Shown here: in pieces, positions 19,502-30,106 of the stretch
How the letters are laid out: the number at the start of each line of letters is the position of its first letter
How positions within the stretch are numbered: position 1 is the stretch's first letter
IMG/VR virus record: IMGVR_UViG_3300027792_000011
Direction: 5' to 3' (one strand)
DNA length: 64,000 bases
DNA from: a virus
Made by a program: the position numbers and the translations under genes
The notes under the pieces: model-generated
What the model saw: only the letters and a program-made list of their open reading frames with translations
What the model was told of the DNA's origin: nothing
Databases searched by the model: none

Positions 19502-20242
19502 TTAGGTGATCTGGAGGTGCCCTTTACGGCCTGTACTCTTCAACTGCTTGGCTAATTGATCGAAGATCTCTATATCAGAGGCAGCCATCCTAGCTAGAAG
19601 CTTTCTGGACGGTCCAAGCTGGGCTGATTTCTCTACGAACAGTACTGCGATCGTAGACAGGTTCTTCCTGCCGTAGTGGAGTAGATCACGAATACGTTGC
19701 AGATTCAGATCAGTCCCTAGGTTTCTGTTCTCAGCTACGTAACGTGTCATGTCTATGCACAGTCGGTAGAATGTACTCCAGCTATGATCTACGTTCATCA
19801 TCTCGTTGAGCCGATCGATCTCCACCTCTGTGATCTTCATGAAGACTTCGGCGTACTTCAGCATCTCTTCGACAACCCAAGCATCCTGACCTGAAGCCAG
19901 CATGATGTTCTCGTACAGATTGTACAGATCAGTATCGTCCATGTGGATGAATCTGGATGCAGCTTGCCCACTCACCTCCAGGATCAGATTTATAGCGTTT
20001 TCGAGACGGTGAACCTTCTGTTCCAGGAAGAGCAAACGTCTAATCAACTCTCCCGGTTTCATTTCGCCGGCGATATTCAGTCTATGAATCTCTGCAAGAT
20101 CTTCTTGGTGGACCAGGATGTTGTCTCCATCAGCTCTCCAACGCATGAGACCCTGATCCAAAAGGTCATGCACTTTTTTAGGTGTACACCCAAGAATTTT
20201 CGCAGCTTGAGACACTAGAATGTACTTGACATCACTTCCCAT
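19502..20242 (-). CDS. HTH (excisionase/MerR-like) DNA-binding protein
   Basis: ILVSQAAKILGCTPKKVHDLLDQGLM at the N-terminus, followed by a coiled coil. Confidence 0.7.
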   Translation of the reverse strand: MGSDVKYILVSQAAKILGCTPKKVHDLLDQGLMRWRADGDNILVHQEDLAEIHRLNIAGEMKPGELIRRLLFLEQKVHRLENAINLILEVSGQAASRFIHMDDTDLYNLYENIMLASGQDAWVVEEMLKYAEVFMKITEVEIDRLNEMMNVDHSWSTFYRLCIDMTRYVAENRNLGTDLNLQRIRDLLHYGRKNLSTIAVLFVEKSAQLGPSRKLLARMAASDIEIFDQLAKQLKSTGRKGHLQIT

Positions 20243-20314
20243 TAGATCTCTCGTGTGCTACGTTGATGGTATCAGAGACACGGCCGGACGTGTATCTCGA
20301 GAAGGAGACCGGCC

Positions 20315-21223
20315 ATGACGAGGGATCGACATATGATAGGAGCACAGGCAGCGCACTTCACGATGGCTGAAGGATCTCATCGTGAGGTACAGCCGGAGCG
20401 GCTCCAAATGCTTGGCAAGCGGGCTAGTGCCATGTTCGTCGAGCAGGGGATCCCGCTGACCGATGCTGTAGTTCGTGTTCTCTCAGAGGAAAGTGGTCTG
20501 AATCGCAATCATGTCCAACGTGTGACTGAATTTGCGAACAACTACGCCTTTGAGGGATTGTTCAACAAGGAAGCCAGTGATCATAGAGTCATTGACTTCG
20601 GAGAGCATGGACCAGCAGATACGGCAGAGGTTCTGAAGGAGCTCAATTCAGTGGGTCGAGAGCAGATCAAAACGGCTGCAAGGCAGCCTACGATCAGCCG
20701 GCGCTTTGTTCCAGGACAAGATAGCGCACAAGAGAGCTACGCTCTTACGAAGACCGCTGCCGCTGCACCAGCTTACCAGTATGTGGATCCGTATCGGGAG
20801 CTGGGAGAGCTGCGAGACGACGTGAAGCGAGCAAAAGAAGAAATGCTCGAGAAGGTCAGTCAGGCTGGTCTGGAGTACGAAGCAGCTTGCAGATCGCTGT
20901 ATGACCTGACCAAACAGGCGGTGCTGGGTGGATACTCTCCAGCAGATGTCACTGTTGCATTTCTGCAGACGGCCGTAGATCGGTCGCTGGTGAAGCTTGC
21001 TCTGAAAGAGATTGCACAGCGTATGGATCTGGATCAGATTCCGGCTGTGCCGATGACCAAGCAAGCTTCGGCTCGCCAGGTCAACCCAAAACACCCGCTC
21101 ATGGGGGCCTTCAGTGCCTTCACGAAGACGGCAGTAGACTACTTCGGCAAGATCAAAGCTGCTGAGGATCTCACGAAGCAGTACGGTGTTGTCGATCGAA
21201 AGCTGCGGGGTATGATCCAATGA
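20315..21223 (+). CDS. Putative head-associated protein (K-x-A motifs)
   Basis: NKEAS, IKTAA, TKTAAA, TKQASA; first gene of the head operon. Confidence 0.65.
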   Translation: MTRDRHMIGAQAAHFTMAEGSHREVQPERLQMLGKRASAMFVEQGIPLTDAVVRVLSEESGLNRNHVQRVTEFANNYAFEGLFNKEASDHRVIDFGEHGPADTAEVLKELNSVGREQIKTAARQPTISRRFVPGQDSAQESYALTKTAAAAPAYQYVDPYRELGELRDDVKRAKEEMLEKVSQAGLEYEAACRSLYDLTKQAVLGGYSPADVTVAFLQTAVDRSLVKLALKEIAQRMDLDQIPAVPMTKQASARQVNPKHPLMGAFSAFTKTAVDYFGKIKAAEDLTKQYGVVDRKLRGMIQ

Positions 21224-21573
21224 TCGAGAAGTCAGCCCGCCTCATGGCCGCAGACCTGTTGGTGCGCAAAGAAAAAACAGCAGACGCTATGGGCACCATT
21301 GGTAAGGGCATTTCAGGGGCCGCCAAGGGTGTATGGAACGTTACGGGCGCAGCTACGCGTGGCGCCGCCGAAGAACTCGGCAAATACGGTCCAGTAGGCA
21401 AGATCGTTGGCGGTGGAGTCCGAGCTGCACCAGTAGTCGGAACTGTTGCTGCGGCAGACTATGCTGCAGGAGATCCAGCAGGTAAGCATCTTCGAGAGAA
21501 GCTCGATGAGTTTCGTGCTCGTCGTGCTATGCAACAGGCTGTGTACGATCCACAGTCGGGGATGATGTACTGA
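21220..21573 (+). CDS. Putative head-associated protein
   Basis: EKSA/EKTA leader followed by a Gly/Ala-rich segment. Confidence 0.6.
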   Translation: MIEKSARLMAADLLVRKEKTADAMGTIGKGISGAAKGVWNVTGAATRGAAEELGKYGPVGKIVGGGVRAAPVVGTVAAADYAAGDPAGKHLREKLDEFRARRAMQQAVYDPQSGMMY

Positions 21574-22043
21574 TGCGTGATCCAGTAACAGAATTCCTTG
21601 GCATTGAGAAGTGTGCCGGTTGGGGCGAGTTTGCTGGACAAGCCGCTGTCACCGCTGGTCTCATTGGAGTCGGTCACGTAGCAGACGAAGTGTATAGCAG
21701 AGTCAGCAATTCAATCGGCAGGGCTCAAGGGTTCAGACGTATGCTGGAGCATAATCCTGAGCTAGCCAAAGAAGATCGTGCGAAGGTACAAACGCTATAC
21801 AACACTCTCCATAACGTGAGTCCATCACTCGCCCGTGATCCTCTAGTGGCAAACTCTTGGGTCAAGCGGATGATGTACCAGGATGAGTACGTTGATCCGA
21901 AGACTTTGAGTGATCTTGCCACGGCAGAGCAGAGAATGGGTCAGGCCGCTGGCTATGGAGATAGATTCTCTGGCATGATGACGGAGGGAGTGAAATCCAC
22001 TATTGGTGGGAGACAATTTCCGTGGATGCCTCAGAGGCCGTAG
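21573..22043 (+). CDS. Putative head-associated protein
   Basis: EKCA leader followed by a hydrophobic segment; coupled start/stop. Confidence 0.6.
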   Translation: MRDPVTEFLGIEKCAGWGEFAGQAAVTAGLIGVGHVADEVYSRVSNSIGRAQGFRRMLEHNPELAKEDRAKVQTLYNTLHNVSPSLARDPLVANSWVKRMMYQDEYVDPKTLSDLATAEQRMGQAAGYGDRFSGMMTEGVKSTIGGRQFPWMPQRP

Positions 22044-22049
22044 TGCGCC

Positions 22050-23984
22050 ATGATCATCAAACAGTGTCAGTTTTCGGGATGTGATAACCACGGTGTTCAT
22101 GTTCACCTAGTTCATCCTGGTTACGACAACGAGCAGCTAGTCAAAACAGCTGCCGCTTCTCCCCCGCAGCTTGAGATCATCCAACGACATTTGAAGAGTA
22201 TGAGCCGTGCTGACGGAGTGCTCTACACTCTAGTGAGCGCTCTCGGTGCAGGTGAATACTGGGGATCGAATAGCAACGCGGACTGGTTCGGTACAGATGC
22301 TCTTCTGCATGTTCCTCCCGACTGGGACTTGATGCCTGCCAATCAGCAGAGGTTGATGGGGCAGAGATGGCAGTGGGGCTACCCCACCTTCTACAATGCG
22401 TACGCGTATCAGCATCATGTGAACAAAGATCCAGCTCGAGCATTCGGCAACATCGAGTATGTCTTGTGGGACTCTCGGATGAAGAGAGTGCTCTTGATAG
22501 TTGGAGTAGATCGTCGCAAAGCGCAAGAGATAGGTGCCCAAGGTATTGTCGATCGAATTGAGAATGGGGAGTATCCAGATGTCTCCATGGGATGCAAAGT
22601 CCCATTCGACGTTTGTTCGATCTGTGGGGATATGGATTTCCTTCGTCCATTCTTGGGCAAGCCCGCTGACATTGTGCGCATGCACAAGCAGAAGCCGATT
22701 CGGGGAGTCAGCACAACAACAGAAGAGTATTGTCAGCACCTAAAGTTCGAGCTGAACAAGATCTACCCAGATGGGCAACGAGTGATGATGCTCAATGTCC
22801 ACCCGAGATTCTTCGATCTCAGTTTCGTATTCATTGGTGCCGACAAGACGAGCAAGATGATAGCTAAGTTGGCTGCTGGACAATGTCCAATAAGGTTGAG
22901 CGCACCGATCTGCAAACACGGATGTACACAATGTAAGAACGGTGCTGTTCCCTCTCCACATGTGCATGAGGTATGGTCGAAGGAGAAGGCCGCATCTGAT
23001 CACAGTTGGGAGATCATGACCGGAGCTCCAGTCGAAATGGATCATGACGATCGATTCTCTTCTACTCTCAAAGCTCCTTACGTAGCGAAGCCTCCAACCG
23101 TAACAGCTGAGATGGTCAAAGAAGCGTACGGGGATTATGGGCTCGAAGAGTTCGAAGAGGAACCTGGAGCTGCAGAACCGGTAGCCAACTACTTCAAGAA
23201 ACGTATTGGCGGAAGAATGATCAAGAAGTCGGAGATAGCCAAAAGGGTATCTTCGCACTTCGGAAGATCAATGCCTTCTATTGAACGTAGTGAGCAGGAC
23301 ATTCCACATCACATTCAGGATGAGATGGCTGAAGATCTTCCTCATAGCCTCAGCTCTGCTGGTGGTCTAGGGATCGTTGTGAAGCCGCGAGAGTTCCAGA
23401 GGATGATGTTGATCTCTTCTGGACACCGTAACTTGGCAGAAGATCTCGATGGGCAAGGAGCATCCTTCTGTCCTGGTGCTCCTATGGATCGTGGGTTCGG
23501 AATAGCCGACAGAGTCATTCCCAGGATCCTGGAAGCCTTGATGCCTTTGATTCACGATCGTAGTTCCTTCGGTCCTGCTCTCCACAAGAGGATTACAATC
23601 GTCATCCAGAAATCTCCACATGAGCACGAAGGGCACTCAATGCATCATGTAGGTGGAGATCTCATGGATAAAATCAGTAGTGCATATACGTCTTATAGAC
23701 GTGGACTGATCTATAAGACCGCTAGTCTCGTTTCCCAGGCTTTGAATGAGAAACCAGAGATCTTGAATCAACTGTACGGTGGTGATCTGGTTCGAGCGTT
23801 CGGTGGGGGTCTTGTCAAAGCTGGGGGCAATGTGATGGAATCTTTGATTGGAGGCATGCTACCTTTGATCTACTTGAATCAGGCGCACTTTGGTGGACCT
23901 GTATCCGAGTACGTTCAAGGACACCTCGATCTTGATGGGCTCATCAAAGCAGGTGGGCTCGCAACTTGCGGCGGGTTGGCGTAG
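22050..23984 (+). CDS. Prohead (maturation) protease with Zn-finger insert and long C-terminal extension
   Basis: QHHVNKD, VSMGCKVPFDVCSICG, CQH and FFDLSFVFIGAD pattern of HK97/herpes-type serine maturation proteases; upstream of the capsid gene. Confidence 0.7.
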   Translation: MIIKQCQFSGCDNHGVHVHLVHPGYDNEQLVKTAAASPPQLEIIQRHLKSMSRADGVLYTLVSALGAGEYWGSNSNADWFGTDALLHVPPDWDLMPANQQRLMGQRWQWGYPTFYNAYAYQHHVNKDPARAFGNIEYVLWDSRMKRVLLIVGVDRRKAQEIGAQGIVDRIENGEYPDVSMGCKVPFDVCSICGDMDFLRPFLGKPADIVRMHKQKPIRGVSTTTEEYCQHLKFELNKIYPDGQRVMMLNVHPRFFDLSFVFIGADKTSKMIAKLAAGQCPIRLSAPICKHGCTQCKNGAVPSPHVHEVWSKEKAASDHSWEIMTGAPVEMDHDDRFSSTLKAPYVAKPPTVTAEMVKEAYGDYGLEEFEEEPGAAEPVANYFKKRIGGRMIKKSEIAKRVSSHFGRSMPSIERSEQDIPHHIQDEMAEDLPHSLSSAGGLGIVVKPREFQRMMLISSGHRNLAEDLDGQGASFCPGAPMDRGFGIADRVIPRILEALMPLIHDRSSFGPALHKRITIVIQKSPHEHEGHSMHHVGGDLMDKISSAYTSYRRGLIYKTASLVSQALNEKPEILNQLYGGDLVRAFGGGLVKAGGNVMESLIGGMLPLIYLNQAHFGGPVSEYVQGHLDLDGLIKAGGLATCGGLA

Positions 23985-24056
23985 GTCCCAGAGGACCGAG
24001 GAATCGTCCTCGCCTGTTGGTTCGGAACTAAACACTCAGTAAGGGAGAATAGATCA

Positions 24057-24914
24057 ATGAACGAGTTCCTGGCAGGCTACTATGGGACGGACGCTAACGG
24101 CGGCAATGGTGACGCGGACGCCCTCGAGAAGATGGCTCAACTCACTCTCCTGGTCAAAGAAGCTGAGGAGAATGACATCGACATCTCTTCGCTTTCGGAC
24201 GAAGAGGCCATGCAGCTTGCGGAAGAGCTGTACGGCGATGATGGCTCCGATGCTGGTGAGCAGACCGGAGAAGAGGACCTCGAGAAGGAGGCGCAAGCCA
24301 AGTTCGAGGAGGCCGACTTCCTGGGTCGAGTGATGGCCCATTCCATGTGGCAAGAGCTCGACAGCATCCAGAAAGAAGCTGGTGCGGTTGGAGAAGCTGC
24401 CGGAAAGGCATGGAAGTGGATGAGGGCCGCTCCCGGAAAAGCTCACAAGGCGACTCTTGGCCGCCTCGGAGAGGCAGCCGCTGAAGCAGCCGAGAAGGGC
24501 ACTGCTGGAAGGATCGCTGCGCAGCCGGGCCGTATGAGGAAGCAATACGGTGTCGAGAAGGCCCGAAAGATGCGCAAGGGCGAGTTCACCGAATCAGAAG
24601 CAGCCAAGATCATGAGGCGTGGCCGACAGGCCAACATCGCTACGCAAGCCGGTGCTGCTACTCTCGGAACAGCAGCACTCGCCGGTGGAGGCGTAGCCGC
24701 ACACAAGGCTCTCAAGAAGAAAGGCTCCGCTCTCAACTCCTTGATCGAGCAACGAGCCATCGAACATCTCGCCGCAGCCGGCTACGTTGATCAACAGGGC
24801 AATGTCTACGCTGCTGTCGAGAAAACAGCGGCCGACAATGACTTCAACATGATGGTCGACAAGGCCGCCCTCGAGCTCCTCGAGCAGAACGGCTACCCGG
24901 TTCAGTGGCGGTAG
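24057..24914 (+). CDS. Putative scaffold/inner head protein
   Basis: Acidic N-terminus; EKMA, KEA and EKTAA motifs; basic Gly/Ala module. Confidence 0.6.
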   Translation: MNEFLAGYYGTDANGGNGDADALEKMAQLTLLVKEAEENDIDISSLSDEEAMQLAEELYGDDGSDAGEQTGEEDLEKEAQAKFEEADFLGRVMAHSMWQELDSIQKEAGAVGEAAGKAWKWMRAAPGKAHKATLGRLGEAAAEAAEKGTAGRIAAQPGRMRKQYGVEKARKMRKGEFTESEAAKIMRRGRQANIATQAGAATLGTAALAGGGVAAHKALKKKGSALNSLIEQRAIEHLAAAGYVDQQGNVYAAVEKTAADNDFNMMVDKAALELLEQNGYPVQWR

Positions 24915-24930
24915 TCGGATAAGTCGGAAT

Positions 24931-25212
24931 ATGGAGCTGACCATGTTGCATGCCTTGGTAGATGAGATGACGAAGATCTGTGCAGTCTCGTCACCATCTA
25001 TCAAGGCTCCACCTACTCCTGGTGGGGTGAACGGCAATATGAGCGCTAAGCCACAAGGACCAGTGCCCATAGGCAAGATCACCGGAAAAGCACTTGGTGG
25101 CACCAATCTGATGAAGACCAACTACACTACTGCAAACACGAGAGCGCAGGCACCAGACATCGCTCTGACCTCTGAACAGAAGGCCCTTACGCCTCCGGTG
25201 GTCAGATCGTAG
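24931..25212 (+). CDS. Small protein with ALVDEMTKIC leader variant
   Basis: Leader resembles F-x-DE-M-x-KLA. Confidence 0.55.
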   Translation: MELTMLHALVDEMTKICAVSSPSIKAPPTPGGVNGNMSAKPQGPVPIGKITGKALGGTNLMKTNYTTANTRAQAPDIALTSEQKALTPPVVRS

Positions 25213-25226
25213 GGAGGTCCAATATC

Positions 25227-26654
25227 ATGGGACAATCTCTTTCCAGACTGATCGAAGCCGCGCTCCTTGACGGCAACACCGGAGTGATGGAGAAGATCGC
25301 TCAGGAGGCCGAAGGCGAAACAGCCGAGCACGAGAAGTGTGAAGAGTGCGGAAAGGCTGCTGTCGCTGGATCGAAGTTCTGCAAGGAGTGCGCATCCAAT
25401 AAGGCCCGATCGGAAGAGAAGGCCAGTGGAATGAGTGAGGGAGAAGGTAGCGAGAAGACCTCTTCCGCCCGGATCGAAAAGCTCGCCTCGGCGGTGGAGT
25501 TCATCCGGGATAACTTCCTCTCGATCCAAATGCCCGTAGGTCGGGTGAAGATGGCGGCTGATACCCCAGCCGATGTCGGACCCGGTCAGGGCGCAAATGC
25601 ACTGGAGACCAATCTCAAGAAAGTGACTCCAGGAGAAGCTCCAGAAGGATTCGGTGAGGCCAAGGCAAAGAAGCCGGCCATGACCGTTCCTCTGGAAGTT
25701 GGAGCGTCGCCAAACGCAGCGGCGACTGCAATCCAGACCGACGCCAACAATCCTCCAGGTGGACCAGGTGAGCAACCTCAGATGATCCAAACTGGCGGTA
25801 CTGGTGGCGACAAGCCGCAAGCCAAGACTGCCAGCGTGAACCGAATCATGAATGCCATGATGAAGTCAGCGGCTACTGACGAAGAGATCGCAGCCATCCG
25901 CAGAGAAAGAAAGTCAGGAGCTTTGCTAGGTGGTGCCCTCGGTGGTGCTGCCCATGGGGCAGTAGCTGGGGGTGCTTATGGTGGTGGTCTACCTGGGGTA
26001 CTTCTAGGGGGCGTTGGTGGTGCCGCCGGCGGCGCCCTTGGTGGTGCTGCCTACGAATCCGATTGGGGTAGGCGCCATCCGATTGCCAGGCATGCGGTGC
26101 CCATCATGCTTCTGGGTGGCCCAGTGGGCCACGCTGGCGCTCTAATCGGTGCCCATATGGCAGGCGATGAGCCAGAAAAAACAGCGGCAGATGATCAGGG
26201 CGAAGATCACAAGACGCTCGCCCCAAGAACGATGGATGCCACCACACCGGAAGACAAGCCCTCTGGTGTGGAACGCCCAGCAGAGGTCACCTCCCAAGAG
26301 AAGCATATCTCTTCGTCAGAAGCAGCGATCAATATGACGAAGCGAGAAGGCAAGGAGGTTCCGAAGAAGCGAATGGGCGATATCCTGAGTGAGCCGATGC
26401 TTGCAGCATCGACCGACTCAACGCTTGGAAAAGCATTGGGACCTCAGGTAGTCAATCAGGCTGGTGCCAAGATCGCTGCGGCACAAGCCCGAGTCCTTTT
26501 GCAGAAAGTCGCATCGCAGAAATGCACCTGCAATAATGCAGGCTCATGCGGATTCTGCAAGATCGCTTCAAAGATGGACCAGAAGCACACGAAGCAGGCT
26601 GGAGCTTTGTGGGAAGCTGGTCGCAACCCGAGCACCCGCGCTCGGTCGGTGTAG
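25227..26654 (+). CDS. Putative inner head polyprotein (K-x-A modules, Gly zipper, Cys clusters)
   Basis: About ten K-x-[AS] motifs, a GALLGGALGGAAHGAVAGG segment and CxxC clusters. Confidence 0.6.
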   Translation: MGQSLSRLIEAALLDGNTGVMEKIAQEAEGETAEHEKCEECGKAAVAGSKFCKECASNKARSEEKASGMSEGEGSEKTSSARIEKLASAVEFIRDNFLSIQMPVGRVKMAADTPADVGPGQGANALETNLKKVTPGEAPEGFGEAKAKKPAMTVPLEVGASPNAAATAIQTDANNPPGGPGEQPQMIQTGGTGGDKPQAKTASVNRIMNAMMKSAATDEEIAAIRRERKSGALLGGALGGAAHGAVAGGAYGGGLPGVLLGGVGGAAGGALGGAAYESDWGRRHPIARHAVPIMLLGGPVGHAGALIGAHMAGDEPEKTAADDQGEDHKTLAPRTMDATTPEDKPSGVERPAEVTSQEKHISSSEAAINMTKREGKEVPKKRMGDILSEPMLAASTDSTLGKALGPQVVNQAGAKIAAAQARVLLQKVASQKCTCNNAGSCGFCKIASKMDQKHTKQAGALWEAGRNPSTRARSV

Positions 26655-26662
26655 GAGGCGCC

Positions 26663-27040
26663 ATGAAAAAGCTGAGTGCACAGAACGTGGTTGCCATCCT
26701 CTCCGAGGTACCCACTGCTCTTCGTAAGCTTGCATCAGAGCGAGACGGCTGGAAGGCCCGAGCAGCAAAGGCTGAGAGCCGGATTGCCGAGTACGAGCGA
26801 AGAGAGCAGGTCGAGAAGGTTGCAGCAATGATCATGGAGAAGAACCTGAGCAAGGGTCAGACCATGGACGAGCTGCGAACTACTCTCATGCAGAAAGCTG
26901 CTGAGGGAAAGCTCGGAGTGGTGGCCGAGGCAGTCAACATGACCGCACGGTCCAATCCACTTGGGTATCTGGGCGAGGACCGAACGACCGGCGGCAGTGG
27001 CCATGCTGAGTCAGCGTTCGAGAACGCTATTCTTGGCTGA
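26663..27040 (+). CDS. Coiled-coil scaffold-like protein
   Basis: AGGAGG RBS before MKKLSA; just upstream of the capsid genes. Confidence 0.6.
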   Translation: MKKLSAQNVVAILSEVPTALRKLASERDGWKARAAKAESRIAEYERREQVEKVAAMIMEKNLSKGQTMDELRTTLMQKAAEGKLGVVAEAVNMTARSNPLGYLGEDRTTGGSGHAESAFENAILG

Positions 27041-27088
27041 AGCCTGGGTGAACGAACAAGGAACCTGAACCGAAAGGGAGAATGATCG

Positions 27089-27565
27089 ATGCCGTACGAG
27101 GCAACATTCCGTCTGCTCACTCCCGTGGCACTGGTGGAGAGGAAAGACTTCGTCATTTCCGATAGGAAGCTGCTCGAATTCGACAGCATCACTCCAGTTC
27201 CGTTGCTCATGGGTGAGTGGTGTACGCTCAATTCCGTCTACAAGCTCGACAGGGCAGCAAACCCTGGCGTGCCTCCTGGCCCATGGTGTCTCTTTGCGGA
27301 GCTCGGACGATCCGATACGCAAGGAATCGCCGAAGGCAAGGCTCCAGTGCTGTTCCACAACAGCTACTGGGCGGAAACCAAGATCTTCGCAGGGCACCCA
27401 GTGCTTGGTGCTGCTCTGGAAGTTGCGAACGTAACGTACCCGGCCGGCGTGACCCGGTCTGGTCTTCAAACCCATGGTGTTGGTACCAACCCCATTATCG
27501 GTTACGTGACGAAGGTCGATACCGATAACGGTGGATGGCTCCAGTTCCAGCAGTGCATGTACTAG
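27089..27565 (+). CDS. Probable capsid decoration/cement protein
   Basis: 158-aa beta-rich ORF immediately upstream of the major capsid gene (positional inference). Confidence 0.5.
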   Translation: MPYEATFRLLTPVALVERKDFVISDRKLLEFDSITPVPLLMGEWCTLNSVYKLDRAANPGVPPGPWCLFAELGRSDTQGIAEGKAPVLFHNSYWAETKIFAGHPVLGAALEVANVTYPAGVTRSGLQTHGVGTNPIIGYVTKVDTDNGGWLQFQQCMY

Positions 27566-27586
27566 AGGGAAAGGAGGAACAGAACA

Positions 27587-28717
27587 ATGACAACGAGAGC
27601 TCAAGTCCTGAACGACCTGTTCGTCCAGAACCTCGATAGCTACGAAGGCAAGGAGAAGGTCGCACAAGCTGGTGGTACCTTCATCCGAGATCGTCTTCGT
27701 GAAGTCGCGTTCTCCAGGCAGGTCATCCCGCCCGAGAACGTCACCAAAGCCGACTGCCAGCGCAGCACGCGGCACGACACCTTGGTCAAGATCATCGACG
27801 TGGAACCCCAGAGCAAAGCGATGGCGATCACATTCCGTGGTCAGCCAAATGCTCGCTTCGTTCGAGGTTCTCGTGCGGAGATCCCCTTCTTCACCATTTC
27901 GTCAGAGAAGTTCGAGAAGGTGGAGCAGGAGCTGCTTGCCTACGAGATGCCGATCACTCGCATCATCGAAGACAACAGCGTGAAGGACATCCAAGAGATC
28001 GAAGACCGAGAGTTCTTGTTGCACATCGAAGCGGCTGTCCAGGCCATGCAGGCGGACGCAAACGGTGTTGCTGCTGCTCCGGCTCTCAACAACGCTGCCA
28101 TCAATGGCGCCACTCCTCCGAAAGAGTTCTCAGTCCGCAAGGGCGAGCTCTGTCGGCAGGTTGGTGTGGCTGACAACTCGTACATCTGGCCGCTTCAGAG
28201 ACCTGACCTGGTCAATATGCACAAGCTGCTGGATGGGAACCGCTTGAGGGCTGAGAAGATCCTCATGACGGAATACGACTTCGACGACCTCAACCAGTGG
28301 ACCGTTGAGGACTTCGGCTCGAAGCTCGAAGGTGAGACGGCTGTAGACGGTTACAAGTACTCCACGCTGCTCGGTCGTGCGTTCGTCCGAACGATCAAAA
28401 CCGACATTCTGCGTCCGGGGAACTTGTACGTCTTCACGTCTCCAGAGTTCTTGGGCAAGTTCTACGTCCTCAACAACACGAAGTTCTACATCGACAAGAT
28501 CGCGAATCTCATCACGTGGCAATCGTGGGAAGACATCGCAATGTCGATCGTGAACATTGCTTCGGTTCGCAAGATGGAGCTCTACTCCGGTGATGCGACG
28601 GCGCACAATACGGATTCGATCCGTACTGACGTCACGCCGAAGGACGAGGCCGATCTCGGAGCCGTGAACAACCGAGTCGATGCCGGCTTGGTGTTCCCAC
28701 AGGTGAAGGTCTACTAG
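27587..28717 (+). CDS. Major capsid protein (HK97 fold, probable)
   Basis: 376 aa; strong RBS and C/G-ending codon bias; IRDRLREVAFSRQVIPP and KDIQEIEDREFL segments; protease-scaffold-decoration-capsid order; terminator after. Confidence 0.8.
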   Translation: MTTRAQVLNDLFVQNLDSYEGKEKVAQAGGTFIRDRLREVAFSRQVIPPENVTKADCQRSTRHDTLVKIIDVEPQSKAMAITFRGQPNARFVRGSRAEIPFFTISSEKFEKVEQELLAYEMPITRIIEDNSVKDIQEIEDREFLLHIEAAVQAMQADANGVAAAPALNNAAINGATPPKEFSVRKGELCRQVGVADNSYIWPLQRPDLVNMHKLLDGNRLRAEKILMTEYDFDDLNQWTVEDFGSKLEGETAVDGYKYSTLLGRAFVRTIKTDILRPGNLYVFTSPEFLGKFYVLNNTKFYIDKIANLITWQSWEDIAMSIVNIASVRKMELYSGDATAHNTDSIRTDVTPKDEADLGAVNNRVDAGLVFPQVKVY

Positions 28718-28751
28718 ATCCGCGCCTGCGCTGATCTTCGCGCTACTATTG

Positions 28752-28787
28752 AAGGGCGCGGCGTCAATCACCGGCGCCGCGCCCTTT
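28752..28787 (+). terminator. Intrinsic terminator after capsid gene
   Basis: AAGGGCGCGGCG/CGCCGCGCCCTT stem. Confidence 0.75.
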
Positions 28788-28806
28788 GCTTCTCAGGAGG
28801 TTGATC

Positions 28807-29298
28807 GTGAGCGGAGTGTACATAGTAAAGAACATGTCGCGGGATATCCGAGCCAGGACCTCTCGAGTTCTTTCTCCTGGTCGTGGTGGGACGATCCAGC
28901 GTATCTGCGGTGGACGTATTCGGTTGGGTCGAGGTGACAGCGCAGTTCTGGGCGAAGATCAGCTCAAGGCCAACTACGATGAGCTGGCACGGCTTCAGAA
29001 TCGTGGAGTGATCGAAGTCAGATTCGGGAGCAGAAAAGGCCCCCTTGTATCTTTCAAAGACTACGATCACCAACCGGAAGTTGAAGTTGCCAAAACAGAG
29101 TCGTCGACGCCCCCACCTACTTCAGAAGAGACAGTTGATGACAATGTGTTGATCGAGATCGAAGAGACTGAACCAGAGAAGCCACTCGACAAGATGAACA
29201 AGCAGGAACTGATCCTCTACGCAGCAGAAGTGCTGGGGGAGAAGCCTGAAGAGTTGGAGCTGCTCACCAAGAAGCAGATTCTGGAGAAGCTTTCATGA
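28807..29298 (+). CDS. Hypothetical virion-region protein
   Basis: AGGAGG + GTG start; C-terminal small helical domain (LDKMNKQELI..LTKKQILEKL). Confidence 0.6.
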   Translation: MSGVYIVKNMSRDIRARTSRVLSPGRGGTIQRICGGRIRLGRGDSAVLGEDQLKANYDELARLQNRGVIEVRFGSRKGPLVSFKDYDHQPEVEVAKTESSTPPPTSEETVDDNVLIEIEETEPEKPLDKMNKQELILYAAEVLGEKPEELELLTKKQILEKLS

Positions 29299-29588
29299 TC
29301 ATATACAACCTCACGGATAGGACTCCCCCGTGGGAGAAAACACCAAGAACAGCGCAGTCGATGAAGCTATTTGGTAAGCTGATCCCGGCTGGCGAGTTCA
29401 TGGAGTTTTCGAGTTTTCCCCTCCGTGCGGTGACTGGTCTCATCAGTTCCCATACGATCAGTGTGGACAATCTTCCTGAGTGGTATCAGAAGATCGGATC
29501 CGACAAGAGGATGATGGAATCTGAAACGCCAGTGGTAGTTGAAGAGAGTCCAAAGAAGCGTTCTCGTAGGATCAGGGACGATCGATGA
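29295..29588 (+). CDS. Hypothetical protein
   Basis: ATGA overlaps on both sides. Confidence 0.6.
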   Translation: MIIYNLTDRTPPWEKTPRTAQSMKLFGKLIPAGEFMEFSSFPLRAVTGLISSHTISVDNLPEWYQKIGSDKRMMESETPVVVEESPKKRSRRIRDDR

Positions 29589-30106
29589 CAACTCTTCAGG
29601 GCATGGATAACCCTCTGATACCGGGGGCTACACAAACGTTCAATGTCTTCGTATCGCAGACACGTTTGTTCATGCGAGACTTTCCAGAACTGAATCGACT
29701 GGTAGCTGGCGAAGAGTCGAGCGATAGGATGATCGCGTTTGCGGCTACGGAGGCTATGAGCGACTTCAACTCAGAGCCTCCACATCTGGGTTTCTACACC
29801 TTCGACATGTTCGTGTCGAAAGGGTGGATACATCCTTTGCGGATTGGTACCATCAATGAACTTCTGCACATGGTTGGATTGCTTCAGACCAGGAACCATC
29901 TACCCTTTTCGGATGGCGGGCTCAACGTTGCTGTGAGCGACAAGACCCCTCTACTCCAGAGCTGGATCCAACTCTTCGGTGCGAAGTGGGAGAATTGGAA
30001 GCAGAAGACGAAGGTCGCGCAGAACATCTCCGGCATTCTCACTGGAGCAGGTGGTGTGTCTAGCGAACTGTTCGCCGTAAATGGATATTTTGGGACATAC
30101 TATTGA
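29585..30106 (+). CDS. Probable head-tail adaptor/neck protein
   Basis: Size and position downstream of the capsid gene; helical N-terminus. Confidence 0.45.
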   Translation: MTTLQGMDNPLIPGATQTFNVFVSQTRLFMRDFPELNRLVAGEESSDRMIAFAATEAMSDFNSEPPHLGFYTFDMFVSKGWIHPLRIGTINELLHMVGLLQTRNHLPFSDGGLNVAVSDKTPLLQSWIQLFGAKWENWKQKTKVAQNISGILTGAGGVSSELFAVNGYFGTYY

